A DNA stretch of 64,000 nt from Deltaproteobacteria bacterium (GCA_052390235.1 JBQTHB010000005.1:32001-96000), one strand, 5' to 3'; shown: positions 40,703 to 51,109, counted from the stretch's first letter. Translations and numbers: made by a program. Notes: a model not told the origin generated them from the letters alone.

Positions 40703-41236
40703 ATGGCGCTTCGCAAAATTGTGAGTTTCCCCGACCCGGTACTGAGAAAACGCTCCCTGCCGGTCAACAGCATAGATAATGAAATCCTCAGACTCCTCGA
40801 TGATATGGCCGAGACCATGTACGCCGCTCCCGGAGTGGGGCTTGCCGCCCCTCAGGTAGGGGTAAATTTAAGGGTCTGCGTAATTGATGTATCCGAAAGG
40901 CAGGAAGAGGCGGCGGCGCTCGGACTCATCGAACTCATTAACCCCGTCATCGTATCGTCGTCCGGTATGTTATACGAAGAAGAGGGGTGTCTCAGCATTC
41001 CGGGGTTTACGAGCGAGGTGAAGAGACGCGCAAGAGCGCTGGTGCGCGCGCGCAATCGCCTTGGAGAGACCATCGAGATAGAGGGCGGAGAACTACTCGC
41101 CCGCGCTCTTCAGCACGAGATAGACCACCTCGACGGGGTTTTATTTATAGACAGGCTAAGCAAGCTGAAAAGAGAGCTTATGAGGAAAAAAATCGAAAAA
41201 GTCCTTGGGAAAGAGGGAGGCTACGCCGCTTTTTGA
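40703..41236 (+). CDS. def: Peptide deformylase
   Basis: [22 protein letters not shown]. Start set at ATG 40703. Confidence 0.96.
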   Translation: MALRKIVSFPDPVLRKRSLPVNSIDNEILRLLDDMAETMYAAPGVGLAAPQVGVNLRVCVIDVSERQEEAAALGLIELINPVIVSSSGMLYEEEGCLSIPGFTSEVKRRARALVRARNRLGETIEIEGGELLARALQHEIDHLDGVLFIDRLSKLKRELMRKKIEKVLGKEGGYAAF

Positions 41237-41415
41237 ACCTTCCCCGACCGAATGCACCTCGCGCAAACCCTGATTCTCTTAACCTGCCCGCTGTCGAGTC
41301 TGGCTCTAGTGGTTCTTAAGTTTATGTTCCAGCGTCTTCTGGTTTTATTATTGGCGTGGCTAACGTTATTACCGTACATGGGCTTTTTTCCGCACATTAA
41401 ACATATTTGAGACAT
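41221..41415 (-). CDS. rpmB: 50S ribosomal protein L28
   Basis: [22 protein letters not shown]...[14 protein letters not shown]; 3' end overlaps def by 16 nt. Confidence 0.96.
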   Translation of the reverse strand: MSQICLMCGKKPMYGNNVSHANNKTRRRWNINLRTTRARLDSGQVKRIRVCARCIRSGKVQKAA

Positions 41416-41449
41416 AGCACTATATCCTCATAAATAAAAATTTGAAATC

Positions 41450-41478
41450 ACTATACCCGCTAAGTTTCCCCATTTCAA
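41450..41478 (-). promoter_or_regulatory. sigma70 promoter of rpmB
   Basis: Minus strand TTGAAA-N17-TATAGT. Confidence 0.6.
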
Positions 41479-41745
41479 CACCAATCCAAAGGTTGATTTA
41501 CGGCAATCATAGATTCAGCGCATTGGATTTTGGCCCGGCGTCGTAGCGGCGGCGCGATAAATCCCCTCTTTAGGAGAGGTTCGATAATCCTACTTGCGAG
41601 TTTATCGGAGGACTCATGGGAAATGGGCTTATCACGATGAAAATTCGCTATAAATTCTCTCTACCCTGACGACGCCAGAAATTATTCACTTTGCAAAAAT
41701 AAATGGTATTATTCCCGAACTTTTAAATTCGGCGGATGCTCCCTG

Positions 41746-42624
41746 ATGACGTTTCAAGAACTAATCCTAGAGCTTCAGAGATTTTGGGCTAAAGAGGGCT
41801 GTGTGATACTTCAGCCCTACGACATAGAAAAGGGGGCGGGAACGTTCCATCCCGCTACTTTCCTGCGCTGTCTCGGGCCTGAGCCTTGGCGCGCCGCCTA
41901 CGTTGAGCCATCTCGAAGACCCACCGACGGCAGATACGGCGAAAACCCAAACCGCCTCCAGCGCTACTACCAGTTTCAGGTAATCCTAAAACCCTCGCCC
42001 TCGGACATTCAAACACTCTATCTGGCAAGCCTTGCGCGCCTCGGTATTGACCCCCTCAAGCACGACATCCGCTTCGTCGAGGACGACTGGGAATCCCCAA
42101 CGCTCGGCGCATGGGGGCTCGGCTGGGAGGTATGGCTCGACGGCATGGAAATCACGCAATTTACCTACTTTCAGCAGGCGGGCGGAATTAACCTAAAGCC
42201 CGTGTCGGGGGAAATCACCTACGGCACGGAGAGAATCGCGATGTACCTACAAGGGGTCGAGAGCGTCTATGACCTCCAGTGGACAAAGGGCGTAACCTAC
42301 GGCGAGATTCACCGCCAAGATGAAATCGAGTTCTCAAAGTACAATTTTGAGGAGTCCAACGCCGAGATGCTACGGGATATGTTTGATAAATTCAAAGGCG
42401 AATGCGAGAGATTAATTGAGGTGAAGCTCCCGATACCGGCTTACGATTATTGCCTCAAATGCTCGCACACATTTAACCTGCTCGACGCGCGCGGAGCGAT
42501 AGGGGTCGCCGAGCGGGCAAGCTACATCGGGCGCGTGAGGATGCTCGCCAAAGCCTGCGCTGAGGGGTATCTCAGAGAAAGGGAGGAACTAGGGTTTCCG
42601 CTCCTCAAAAAAAGCCCTTGGTAA
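41746..42624 (+). CDS. glyQ: Glycine-tRNA ligase alpha subunit
   Basis: [48 protein letters not shown]. Confidence 0.98.
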   Translation: MTFQELILELQRFWAKEGCVILQPYDIEKGAGTFHPATFLRCLGPEPWRAAYVEPSRRPTDGRYGENPNRLQRYYQFQVILKPSPSDIQTLYLASLARLGIDPLKHDIRFVEDDWESPTLGAWGLGWEVWLDGMEITQFTYFQQAGGINLKPVSGEITYGTERIAMYLQGVESVYDLQWTKGVTYGEIHRQDEIEFSKYNFEESNAEMLRDMFDKFKGECERLIEVKLPIPAYDYCLKCSHTFNLLDARGAIGVAERASYIGRVRMLAKACAEGYLREREELGFPLLKKSPW

Positions 42625-42663
42625 TAGGGATTTAAAAATTCTCGGCGGCTCGAACTTAACACT

Positions 42664-44784
42664 ATGAACAGAGAACTGTTACTTGAAATAGGAACTGAGG
42701 AGATACCGGCGGGCTTTATTGACCCTGCGCTGGCCTCGCTCATGGAAATAGCCAAGAGGGAGTTTCGGGAAAATTCCATCTCCCACGGAGAGATCCGCGT
42801 ATTCGGCGCTCCGAGAAGGCTCACCCTTCTCGCGCGGGACATCCCCGATAAGCAGAGAGACAGAACCGTGGAGGCGCTAGGGCCGCCCAAGCGTATAGCG
42901 TTTGATGCCGAGGGAGCGCCCACGAAAGCGGCTCTAGGATTTCTCAAGGCTCAGGGGGCGGAGCTTGGCGATTTAGTCGTGGTGAAGCACGAAAAAGGAG
43001 AGCTTCTCGCCGTGAGACGAGAAATCAAGGGGGCGAGAACGGCGGAAATTCTGCGCGAGCTTCTGCCGAAGATAATCCTCTCGATTCCCTTTAGGAAATC
43101 CATGAGATGGGCGGCAGGCGATGTGGCGTTTGCGAGGCCCATGAAGTGGATTCTCGCCCTCTTCGGAGGCAAAACCGTGCCGTTCGAGATAGAAGGGCTT
43201 GCGAGCGGCAACCGAACCGAGGGACACCGCTTTATGTCCCCAAAACCGAGGCGAGTTGCGAATTGGGAGGAGTACGCAGGGGAGCTTGAAAGGGGATTCG
43301 TCGTGCTTGACCAAGCCAGAAGGCGAAGGCTCATAGAAGAGGGAATTGAGGCGAAGGCGGCCGAGGGGGGAGGATTTGCGCTTGCCGACGGGGAGCTCGT
43401 CGCTACGGTTACTCATTTAGTAGAATATCCAGTCGCGCTAATGGGAAATTTCCACGAGGACTTTCTCAAATTGCCCAAAGAAGCCCTCGTTAGCGTGATG
43501 AAAAATCACCAGAAATACTTTCCCGTTCTCTCAAACGACGGCTCCCTCCTCCCGCACTTTGTTTTCATCTGCGGCGCTCCGGTTGAAAACCCGCAAATCG
43601 TCATAAACGGTAACGAGCGGGTGATAAGGGCGAGATTCACAGACGCAAAGTTCTTTTTCGAGGAGGACACAAAAACCCCGCTCGCCGAGAAAGCGCATAA
43701 ACTGCGCGGCATGGTTTTTCTCTCTGAAATAGGCACTTACCGAGACAAAACCGAGAGAATGGAATGTATCGCCGAATTCATAGGGCGGCGGCTCGGCTTC
43801 GGCGACGGCGAAATAGCCGATGTAAAGCGGGCGGCGGGGCTTTCCAAAGCAGACCTCGCCACTCAGATGGTGTTCGAGTTCCCAGAGCTTCAGGGGACCA
43901 TGGGCAAATACTACGCCCGATGCTCTGGGGAATCGGAGGAAGTGGCGGCGGCTATTGAAGAGCAGTATATGCCGTCCTCGCGCGAGGGAAGGCTACCCAA
44001 AAGCGATTTTGGGGCGGCGCTCAGCATCACGGATAAAACCGACACCATCTGCGCCTGTTTCATATCCGGGCTCATTCCGACGGGAGCATCCGACCCCTAC
44101 GCCCTTAGGCGCGGCGCAATAGGAATTATAAATATTCTCCTCGACCGGGAATACCGCCTGAATCTGCGCGAGGTTTTCGGCGCGGGGCTTAATCAAATCT
44201 GGACGCAGCTCCATAGGACGAAGCCCGATTTTCCCGCCCCCGGCAGGGACAAATCTCCCAATCCCCTGCTTGAGCAGATTGCAGATTTCATCATCGAGAG
44301 GTTTAAGAATATTCTCATCTCCGAGGGGTTTGCCCAGGACGTTATCGAAGCCGTAATCTCGGCCGAAGGGGACGAGGCAGGATGCGATTTGGTCGAATCC
44401 AAGAGGAAAATCCAGTCGCTCGGCGAATTTCGCGAGGCGGCGGATTTCACCCCTCTCGCTATGGCATTCAAGCGCGTGGTCAATATCGCCAAAGGGCAGA
44501 CTAAGGCGCGGGTACGGCGGGAGCTATTCGCGGATACGGTGGAGGGGGAACTTTACAAATCCTACACACGGGCGAAGGCGGCAGTGGAACAAAATATCGC
44601 GATGCGCAAATACCCGGAAGCCTTAGCCGAGATGAAAACCCTCAAAGATCCCGTGGACAGGTTCTTCGAGACCGTCCTTGTGATGGACAAGAACGAGGAT
44701 ATCCGGGAAAATCGCCTCTCGATGCTCCTTGAGATTCGGGATTTGTTCTTTAAAATCGCCGACTTCTCGAAAATAAGCGCGTAA
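42664..44784 (+). CDS. glyS: Glycine-tRNA ligase beta subunit
   Basis: LLLEIGTEEIP, PRRL, KSMRW, HQKYF, EFPELQG, SDPYALRR, C-terminal DALR domain. Confidence 0.97.
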   Translation: MNRELLLEIGTEEIPAGFIDPALASLMEIAKREFRENSISHGEIRVFGAPRRLTLLARDIPDKQRDRTVEALGPPKRIAFDAEGAPTKAALGFLKAQGAELGDLVVVKHEKGELLAVRREIKGARTAEILRELLPKIILSIPFRKSMRWAAGDVAFARPMKWILALFGGKTVPFEIEGLASGNRTEGHRFMSPKPRRVANWEEYAGELERGFVVLDQARRRRLIEEGIEAKAAEGGGFALADGELVATVTHLVEYPVALMGNFHEDFLKLPKEALVSVMKNHQKYFPVLSNDGSLLPHFVFICGAPVENPQIVINGNERVIRARFTDAKFFFEEDTKTPLAEKAHKLRGMVFLSEIGTYRDKTERMECIAEFIGRRLGFGDGEIADVKRAAGLSKADLATQMVFEFPELQGTMGKYYARCSGESEEVAAAIEEQYMPSSREGRLPKSDFGAALSITDKTDTICACFISGLIPTGASDPYALRRGAIGIINILLDREYRLNLREVFGAGLNQIWTQLHRTKPDFPAPGRDKSPNPLLEQIADFIIERFKNILISEGFAQDVIEAVISAEGDEAGCDLVESKRKIQSLGEFREAADFTPLAMAFKRVVNIAKGQTKARVRRELFADTVEGELYKSYTRAKAAVEQNIAMRKYPEALAEMKTLKDPVDRFFETVLVMDKNEDIRENRLSMLLEIRDLFFKIADFSKISA

Positions 44785-44844
44785 TCACGCGACTCAATAC
44801 ACCCTAATTTATCACTGCATCCACAAAAGTAGCGTCCGAGCGCC

Positions 44845-46425
44845 CTAAGTCGCATAGGACGATGCCCTGACCTCTCTGACGACGGTAATTTTTATCTGCC
44901 CAGGATAGGCGACCTCGCGCTCGATTTTCTTGGCTATCTCGTTGGACAGAAGCACCGACTCCTCGTCGTTCACTTTACTGCTCTCGACAATTACCCTCAC
45001 CTCGCGCCCAGCTTGAATGGCATAGCACTTCTCCACGCCGCGGAACGAGCTTCCGATTCTCTCTATGTCCTCGATTCTCTTGACATAAGCCTCGTACATC
45101 TCCCGCCTCGCCCCCGGTCTTGCCGCCGAGATAGCGTCTGCCGCCTGCACCAGCACCGCCCATATAAGCTGCGGCTGCGGGTCGTGATACTTCGACACGG
45201 ACTCTATGACCTCCCAAGGCTCTCCGTATTTTCTGACGATTTCCGCGCCGATTTCTACGTGCGAACCTTCAATTTCGTGGTCGAGCGCCTTGCCGATGTC
45301 GTGCAGAAGCCCAATTCTGCGGGCGAGCTTGGTGTTGAGTCCCAGTTCCGCCGCTATGACGCCGCAGATGAACGAGACCTCCATCGAGTGGCTCAGGATG
45401 TTTTGAGAGTAGCTGCTGCGGTACTTCAATTTCCCGACGAGTTTTACAAGCTCCGTGTGCATCCCGTGAGCGCCGATGTCGAAGACGGCTTCCTCTCCAG
45501 TTTTTTGTATCTCTTTTTCGATTTCCTGCTCGACCTCGGCGACCACCTCTTCAATTCTCGCCGGATGAATCCTGCCGTCTCCGATGAGACGCTCCAGAGC
45601 GACCTTTGCGACCTCTCTGCGTATAGGATTGAGCGAGGAGATAACGACCGTGCCAGGGGTGTCGTCAATAATGATGTCCACTCCGGTTCTGGACTCGATG
45701 GAGCGGATGTTGCGCCCCTCGCGCCCGATGATGCGCCCTTTCATGTCATCGCTTGGGAGATTCACCACGGAGATGGTCTTCTCGCTCGTGTACTGTCCCG
45801 CGTATTTTTGAATTGCAAGGGCGATAATGTCCTTTGCGCGGCGCTCGGAAGTCTCGTGAAGCTCGTCTTCGATGAGTTTTAGTTTTTTGGCGGAGTCGTG
45901 CCTCGCCTCGTTCTCGACGATGCTCACAAGCTCCCTTTTCGCCGCCTCCTGTGTCATACCGGCAATCTCTTCTATTTTCCTCTTCGCCTCCTCTACTATG
46001 GCGTCAAGCTCCCGCTGTTTCTCTTCGGCGGTTCGGTCTTTTGCGGCGACGTCCCTTTCCTTGTGGGAGAGGTCGGATTCCCGCTTTTCGAGGGTTTCGT
46101 ACTTTCTATCCAGAGCCTCCTCGCGGTTCTGGAGCTTTCTCTCGGTTTTTGAAAACTCTCTCTGCCGCTCCCGGAGCTCGTTTTGCTTCTCTCTGGCATC
46201 GCGCTCGATTTCCCCCTTCGCCCTTTCCAGAGCCTCTTTTGCGCGAAGCTCTCCTTCAACCTTGATTTTATCGGATTCCTTTTTGGCTATCTGAATTATG
46301 CTCTCAGCCTCTCCCATCTTAAGCTCGAGATTTTTCTTGTCTATTTTGGTCATAAAAAGAAAGTGTCCGATAACCCCTATCGCAACTCCGAACACGGTCG
46401 CAAGCATTATCCATATCACGGTCAT
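44845..46425 (-). CDS. rny: Ribonuclease Y
   Basis: N-terminal TM, coiled coil, KH motif MKGRIIGREGRNI, HD motif LLHDIGK, ADAISAARPGAR. Start ATG 46425 after AAGGAGG. Confidence 0.96.
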   Translation of the reverse strand: MTVIWIMLATVFGVAIGVIGHFLFMTKIDKKNLELKMGEAESIIQIAKKESDKIKVEGELRAKEALERAKGEIERDAREKQNELRERQREFSKTERKLQNREEALDRKYETLEKRESDLSHKERDVAAKDRTAEEKQRELDAIVEEAKRKIEEIAGMTQEAAKRELVSIVENEARHDSAKKLKLIEDELHETSERRAKDIIALAIQKYAGQYTSEKTISVVNLPSDDMKGRIIGREGRNIRSIESRTGVDIIIDDTPGTVVISSLNPIRREVAKVALERLIGDGRIHPARIEEVVAEVEQEIEKEIQKTGEEAVFDIGAHGMHTELVKLVGKLKYRSSYSQNILSHSMEVSFICGVIAAELGLNTKLARRIGLLHDIGKALDHEIEGSHVEIGAEIVRKYGEPWEVIESVSKYHDPQPQLIWAVLVQAADAISAARPGARREMYEAYVKRIEDIERIGSSFRGVEKCYAIQAGREVRVIVESSKVNDEESVLLSNEIAKKIEREVAYPGQIKITVVREVRASSYAT

Positions 46426-47008
46426 TTCATCCTCCTTTGAAAGCAGAAAATTGTACGGGATTCCGTAATCAGGCATCCCACAGGGGCATCCCAAGGCTCT
46501 GGCGGGAGAGGGGCGAGAAGCTGAAAATCGTAAATCAGCGAGACCCTGCGCTCCCGGGCAACATTGCCCAACGCTCGGTCATAGTATCCCCCTCCGTAAC
46601 CCACCCTAGTGCCGGACTGGTCAAAGGCAACCCCCGGGACTATGACAATATCTAGGGATTGACCGGGGATAGGGGGCGAGTCTCGAGGCGGCTCAGGGAT
46701 TTGAAATTTCCCCGGCGCAAGCTCGGACAAATCGCTTATCTTGGCAAATATAAGGGATGAGCCTTCGACACGCGGGAAATATATATCTTTTCCCATGCGC
46801 CTTGACCTCTCAAAGACGGCTTCGGTTCGCGCCTCGTTTTTTACCGGGCAATAGAGGGCGATGGTCTTTGCCCGAACGTAACTCTCAAGGGCGAAGAGGG
46901 CCTCGCAGATTTTCTCGCTTTTTTGATTTACTTCCTCGGGGCTTAGGGCAAGCCTGCGTTGAAGCAAACCGGAGCGTATGGATTTTTTATGCTCTCCGCC
47001 CTGTTCAT
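46422..47008 (-). CDS. ygfA: 5-formyltetrahydrofolate cyclo-ligase; best start codon is out of frame by 1 nt (see findings)
   Basis: KKSIR, IPEP, DIVIVPGVAFD..G.RVGYGGGYYDR; stop overlaps the rny start (ATGA). Confidence 0.88.
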
Positions 47009-47049
47009 GAGCCTCGTCCGAGCCGGAGAATTCCAGCCCTGAGCGGTGT

Positions 47050-47406
47050 TTAGTACTTTGAAGGGTCGCTCCAACCGTACTTGGGCTGAGGGTCGCCTCT
47101 GGTTTCACCCTGAGTACCAAAGGCTTGAGATGGCTCTCTGCCTTCCAGTAGGTCGAGTAGCGTTTTTGATCTGTCTTCAGCACGATATTGAAACTCCTCG
47201 AACTCTCTTTTTAACCTAAAATACTCGTCGGCTATCTTGAGCGTTGCGAGGAGAAGAGGGTAAGGCAGGGAAACAGAGCCGAGTTGAGGATCCACTTCCT
47301 TTACTTTTTCTTCCAAGTAAGCGGCTATATTTGTTATATAATCTTCATCGGCGTCGGTTTTTACAAAATACTCGTTGTTTAAAACGTTTATTTTTACTCG
47401 TCTCAA
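47050..47406 (-). CDS. zapA: Cell division protein ZapA
   Basis: VKINVLNNEY.V...DEDYI..IAAYLEEKV...LATLKIADEY; zapB-zapA-ygfA-rny synteny. Confidence 0.85.
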   Translation of the reverse strand: MRRVKINVLNNEYFVKTDADEDYITNIAAYLEEKVKEVDPQLGSVSLPYPLLLATLKIADEYFRLKREFEEFQYRAEDRSKTLLDLLEGREPSQAFGTQGETRGDPQPKYGWSDPSKY

Positions 47407-47411
47407 CTTTG

Positions 47412-47621
47412 TTATGCCTCTGATCTGGATAGATAAAGCTCAATTTTTTCGATAATTCTCTTTATTGTCTCTCTAGCCTCTTCTCTCTCTAGCTCTAGTT
47501 CTCTTAAGCTCTCGCTGAGTTTCGCAACCTCTCCAGCGAGACTATTGCGTTCAGCCTCAAGAATCGCCTTCGTTGATAACGTCTCTTTGATTCTCGATTC
47601 AAGAATATCCATTATTTTCAT
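47412..47621 (-). CDS. ZapB-like coiled-coil protein
   Basis: 69 aa heptad-rich helix immediately upstream of zapA. Confidence 0.7.
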   Translation of the reverse strand: MKIMDILESRIKETLSTKAILEAERNSLAGEVAKLSESLRELELEREEARETIKRIIEKIELYLSRSEA

Positions 47622-47689
47622 GACGTTACTGCGACAAGTTTAATCTTATCTTGAAATCTTTGCAAGATGTGTAATGATAATTGCCTAAA

Positions 47690-48763
47690 ATGGCGCAAAT
47701 AGGCATACTCAAAAGACTCGACGAAGTAGAGAAAAAATACGAAGACCTGGAGCGCACCCTGAGCGCGCCCGATTTATCCCCCGCTGAAATCCACCGCTAC
47801 TCAAAAGAGCGCTCCGATAGAAGCGAAGTTGTCGAAAACTACAGGGAGTTCAAAAAAACCCTCGAAGACATAGAGCAGAACAAAGCCCTCGCCGCCGACA
47901 AAGAACTCGCCGAGCTTGCCCGCGAGGAGGTCGCCGCACTCGAACAAAAACTCGCCGAAATCGAGAAAAGGCTCGAACTCCTGCTCCTTCCCAAGGACCC
48001 GAACGACGGCAAAAACGTCGTCCTCGAGATACGCGGGGGAACCGGAGGGGACGAAGCCGCCCTATTTGCCGCAGACCTGTTCCGAATGTACTCGCGCTAC
48101 GCCGAGCGCAACGGCTGGAAGGTGGAAATCATGGAACTGAGCGAAACCGGCGTGGGCGGTCTTAAAGAGGTAATTCTCTCGATAGACGGCAAGAGGGTCT
48201 ATAGCAGGCTCAAATACGAGGGCGGAGTACACAGGGTACAGAGAATCCCCGCAACCGAGGCCGGAGGCAGAATCCATACATCCACCGCAACGGTCGCTGT
48301 GCTTGCCGAAGCCGACGACGTTGAGGTGATGATTGACGATAAGGATCTGCGCATTGACACTTTCCGCGCGGGGGGCAAAGGCGGCCAGCACGTGAACAAA
48401 ACGGACTCTGCCATCAGAATAACCCACATCCCAAGCGGCATCGTCGTTAGCTGTCAAAACGAGCGCTCTCAGCACCAAAACCGTATGCTAGGCATGAAAA
48501 TTCTGCGCGCGAAACTCTACGAACTCGAAGAAGAAAAACGGGCAAGCCAAATCTCAAACGCCCGACGAAGCATGGTGGGCGGCGGCGAGCGAAGCGAGAA
48601 GATACGCACCTATAACTTCCCCCAAGGGCGCATCACAGACCACAGAATCGGATTTACCGCGCATAAAATAGAGTTCATCCTCGACGGAGACCTCGAAGAA
48701 CTCATTGACGCGCTGACAAATTACTACCAAAGCGAGAGGCTCAAGCAAGCCGTAGAGCTTTAA
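47690..48763 (+). CDS. prfA: Peptide chain release factor 1
   Basis: GTGGDEA, HRVQRIPAT (PxT, RF1-specific), GGQHVN, SEKIRTYNFPQ. Confidence 0.97.
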   Translation: MAQIGILKRLDEVEKKYEDLERTLSAPDLSPAEIHRYSKERSDRSEVVENYREFKKTLEDIEQNKALAADKELAELAREEVAALEQKLAEIEKRLELLLLPKDPNDGKNVVLEIRGGTGGDEAALFAADLFRMYSRYAERNGWKVEIMELSETGVGGLKEVILSIDGKRVYSRLKYEGGVHRVQRIPATEAGGRIHTSTATVAVLAEADDVEVMIDDKDLRIDTFRAGGKGGQHVNKTDSAIRITHIPSGIVVSCQNERSQHQNRMLGMKILRAKLYELEEEKRASQISNARRSMVGGGERSEKIRTYNFPQGRITDHRIGFTAHKIEFILDGDLEELIDALTNYYQSERLKQAVEL

Positions 48764-48879
48764 CATCCGGGCAGTCGCGGTGGGAGGGGGGCGTCCGTTT
48801 GTCCGCTCATCCTCTGGATGACTAACCGAGGCGGCGTGGGGAATTTGTAATTCCACAGCGGTTTAATACAATATAAAGC

Positions 48880-49698
48880 ATGTTTTGGCACTGGATAATT
48901 GCCTCTTGCTATCTCGCCTCTTCGATTTTCTACTTCGCCCATTTATGGATTCAAAACCCCAGGGTTTCGGTCTGGGGAACGCGCGCAGTTATCCTCGGGG
49001 CGGCGCTTCATACGGCAAGCCTCATAGCCATATTCAAGAGTGGAAACCCGATAGCGGGCGGGTTCGATAGCTCGCTTTATTTCTTCTCCTGGTTCATCGC
49101 GCTCGTCTACATAGCGTCTCAGCTCAAATTCAGGACAAACACCCTTGGGGCGTTCGCCGCGCCGCTTGTCCTTTTTATGACCCTGCCCTCCCTAATTCTG
49201 CCTCAGGGGATTATCGAGCATGACCCCTCGCTTAGAAACCCTTGGATTCTGACCCACATCGCTCTGATGTTTCTGGGAGAGGCTCTTTTCACCTTCGCGT
49301 TTATTGCAAGCGCGCTCTATATATTTCAGGAGAGCCGGATAAAGTCCAAACGCATGGGAAATTTCCTCATGAAACTCCCATCGCTTACCTCGCTCGATAA
49401 CCTAAGCCACCTGTGCCTTCTCATCGGATTCCCCGTGCTTACGGCGGGGCTTGTCCTCGGCGTTATATCGGCAAAGGAAATTTGGGGCGAGCTTTGGCAT
49501 TGGGGACACAAAGAAACGTGGTCAATGATTACGTGGTTTCTATACGCCGCGCTGATTCACGGCAGGCTTGCCGCGGGCTGGAGGGGCAGAAAATCAGCCA
49601 TCGGGGCGGCAGTGGGGTTTGCGGTTATACTTTTTACGTTTTTCATTATCGGCTATCTCGCGCCGGGAAGGCACAATTTTTTCCTTGGGGCATATTAA
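48880..49698 (+). CDS. ccsA: Cytochrome c assembly protein, CcsA/CcmC family
   Basis: About 8 TM helices, conserved His residues, WWD-like motif WGELWHWGHKETWS. Confidence 0.8.
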   Translation: MFWHWIIASCYLASSIFYFAHLWIQNPRVSVWGTRAVILGAALHTASLIAIFKSGNPIAGGFDSSLYFFSWFIALVYIASQLKFRTNTLGAFAAPLVLFMTLPSLILPQGIIEHDPSLRNPWILTHIALMFLGEALFTFAFIASALYIFQESRIKSKRMGNFLMKLPSLTSLDNLSHLCLLIGFPVLTAGLVLGVISAKEIWGELWHWGHKETWSMITWFLYAALIHGRLAAGWRGRKSAIGAAVGFAVILFTFFIIGYLAPGRHNFFLGAY

Positions 49699-49751
49699 GG
49701 GCTTAAATTATGAGCGGCTGGTTATATCCTCGCATTATTCTCCAGCTCAAG

Positions 49752-50864
49752 TTATTTAAGTTGAATTATTCTCCCATTGCGCACGGATAAAATCAGAGGA
49801 TTAGGGGAAATCTCCAGCCCCCCGCCTGCGCCTCTGGTAACGGTAAACCGTCCGCCTCCTGCCGCCGCCGAGAGCCGCTCGATGATCTGGCTTGCGTCCT
49901 GAAGTGGTTCTCTTAACGCCTCAAGCGCCAATTTTGCCGCTTCATAGATTTGATACTCCAAAAATCCGGGCTTTTCCCCGAACTCGGCTTTAAACTTGGC
50001 GCTGAAATTAACCCATTCGGGAGTCGAGGGAGAGAAAAAATCGGTAAATATTATTTTCTTATTCCTCCCGCCGGAGGATTTTAAAAATGCCTGGCTGTTC
50101 CACGTGTTAGGCCCGAGAAACAGCAGATTATCCAGCGGCAGAGTCTTTTCTACCGCCGCTATTATCTCCCCCGAACGTGTAGCGCCGTCGGGTATGAAAA
50201 CCGCATCGGGACGGAGCGAGCGTATCCACTCAATCTCTGTTGAGATGCCGCCCGGAGCGGATACGTAAGAGCCGTCGTAAATCACCTCGCCGCCCAATAA
50301 AACCACAGACTTCGTAAAGGACTCTTTAAATAACTGGCTGATGCGGTTCTGCGGGGCTATCACTGCAAACCTCTTAACGCCCAAATCCCGAACCGAATAG
50401 TTGGCAAGGGCGGCGGCCTGCCTCTCAAGGGAGTAGAAAAACTTTATTAAATAGGGATTGTCGCCCAAACCCTCCTCGGAAATGGGAAAAACCAGCGTAG
50501 GCACTTTGAGGGACTCGGCAATTTTAGCTACCTCGTCAATGGAGACCACCGGCGGCGGGCCAATTATAAGCGACACTCTATCGCGGCTAACCAGCTCTTC
50601 AAAGGATTTCCTAAGCCCTTCGGTGTCCCCTGCGACGTCCTTGAGGGAGAGTTGAAATCCCTCGGCGGCATTAAAGACGTTTGTAGCCAAAAGGACTCCG
50701 CGCAGGGCTTTTCTGCCCACCATTTCATACTCGCCGCTTAATGGAAAGAGGCATCCCAGAGAGGCGGGTTTTATTTGCGGCTTGTCAATCTGCCCCGGCT
50801 CTTGGCAGAATGCCACTGCCGAGAATAAAACGAGCAATACGAAAAATATTGAAATGCACTGCAA
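49752..50864 (-). CDS. Periplasmic binding protein type I fold (LpoA/LppC or Leu-Ile-Val-binding-like)
   Basis: Signal peptide; GCLFPLSG, LIIGP, PDAVFIPD, LGPNTW, F..KF..EFG.KP; SD GAGGAG before TTG. Confidence 0.7.
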   Translation of the reverse strand: MQCISIFFVLLVLFSAVAFCQEPGQIDKPQIKPASLGCLFPLSGEYEMVGRKALRGVLLATNVFNAAEGFQLSLKDVAGDTEGLRKSFEELVSRDRVSLIIGPPPVVSIDEVAKIAESLKVPTLVFPISEEGLGDNPYLIKFFYSLERQAAALANYSVRDLGVKRFAVIAPQNRISQLFKESFTKSVVLLGGEVIYDGSYVSAPGGISTEIEWIRSLRPDAVFIPDGATRSGEIIAAVEKTLPLDNLLFLGPNTWNSQAFLKSSGGRNKKIIFTDFFSPSTPEWVNFSAKFKAEFGEKPGFLEYQIYEAAKLALEALREPLQDASQIIERLSAAAGGGRFTVTRGAGGGLEISPNPLILSVRNGRIIQLK

Positions 50865-51055
50865 CTTCGGCTTCTCCTCGTATAAATTAATTCATGCCCC
50901 GGACGGCGGCGCACTCGTGGGAGATTATAACACACCGAAGGGGTTTATCCGATAACTCGAGCTATCGGGCGCCGAGAGAGCCTCATTTCTCTTCGCTTTG
51001 GCTATGTTAATACAATATGAATTTTCCTAATATGCCGAAACAATTAGATATTTTA

Positions 51056-51109
51056 TTTTCGCAAATGCGAAGAAAAACCCTTGACAACTCTATTCGCAAA
51101 TATTATATT
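51056..51109 (+). promoter_or_regulatory. sigma70 promoter of phasin operon with palindromic candidate PhaR operator
   Basis: TTCGCA-AA-TGCGAA (51058-51071); TTGACA (51081)-N17-TATATT (51104); extra TTCGCAAAT in the spacer. Confidence 0.6.

Noticed and set aside
41221..41236. Convergent def/rpmB 3' overlap as a regulatory device
   Set aside because: Short tail-to-tail overlaps are common; nothing else supports a function.
41416..41745. T-box riboswitch or Gly leader peptide ([17 protein letters not shown]) upstream of glyQS
   Set aside because: No T-box GGTGGNACC consensus or terminator; the likely glyQ promoter lies downstream of the small ORF.
45013..45882. 289-aa + strand ORF (and similar antisense ORFs throughout, e.g. 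32992..33702, 11147..11719)
   Set aside because: Antisense to well-supported genes; expected in GC-rich coding DNA.
48880..49698. ccsA as a dedicated maturase for the multiheme locus
   Set aside because: It sits ~24 kb away among core genes with no ccsB/resB partner; no link can be supported from this window.
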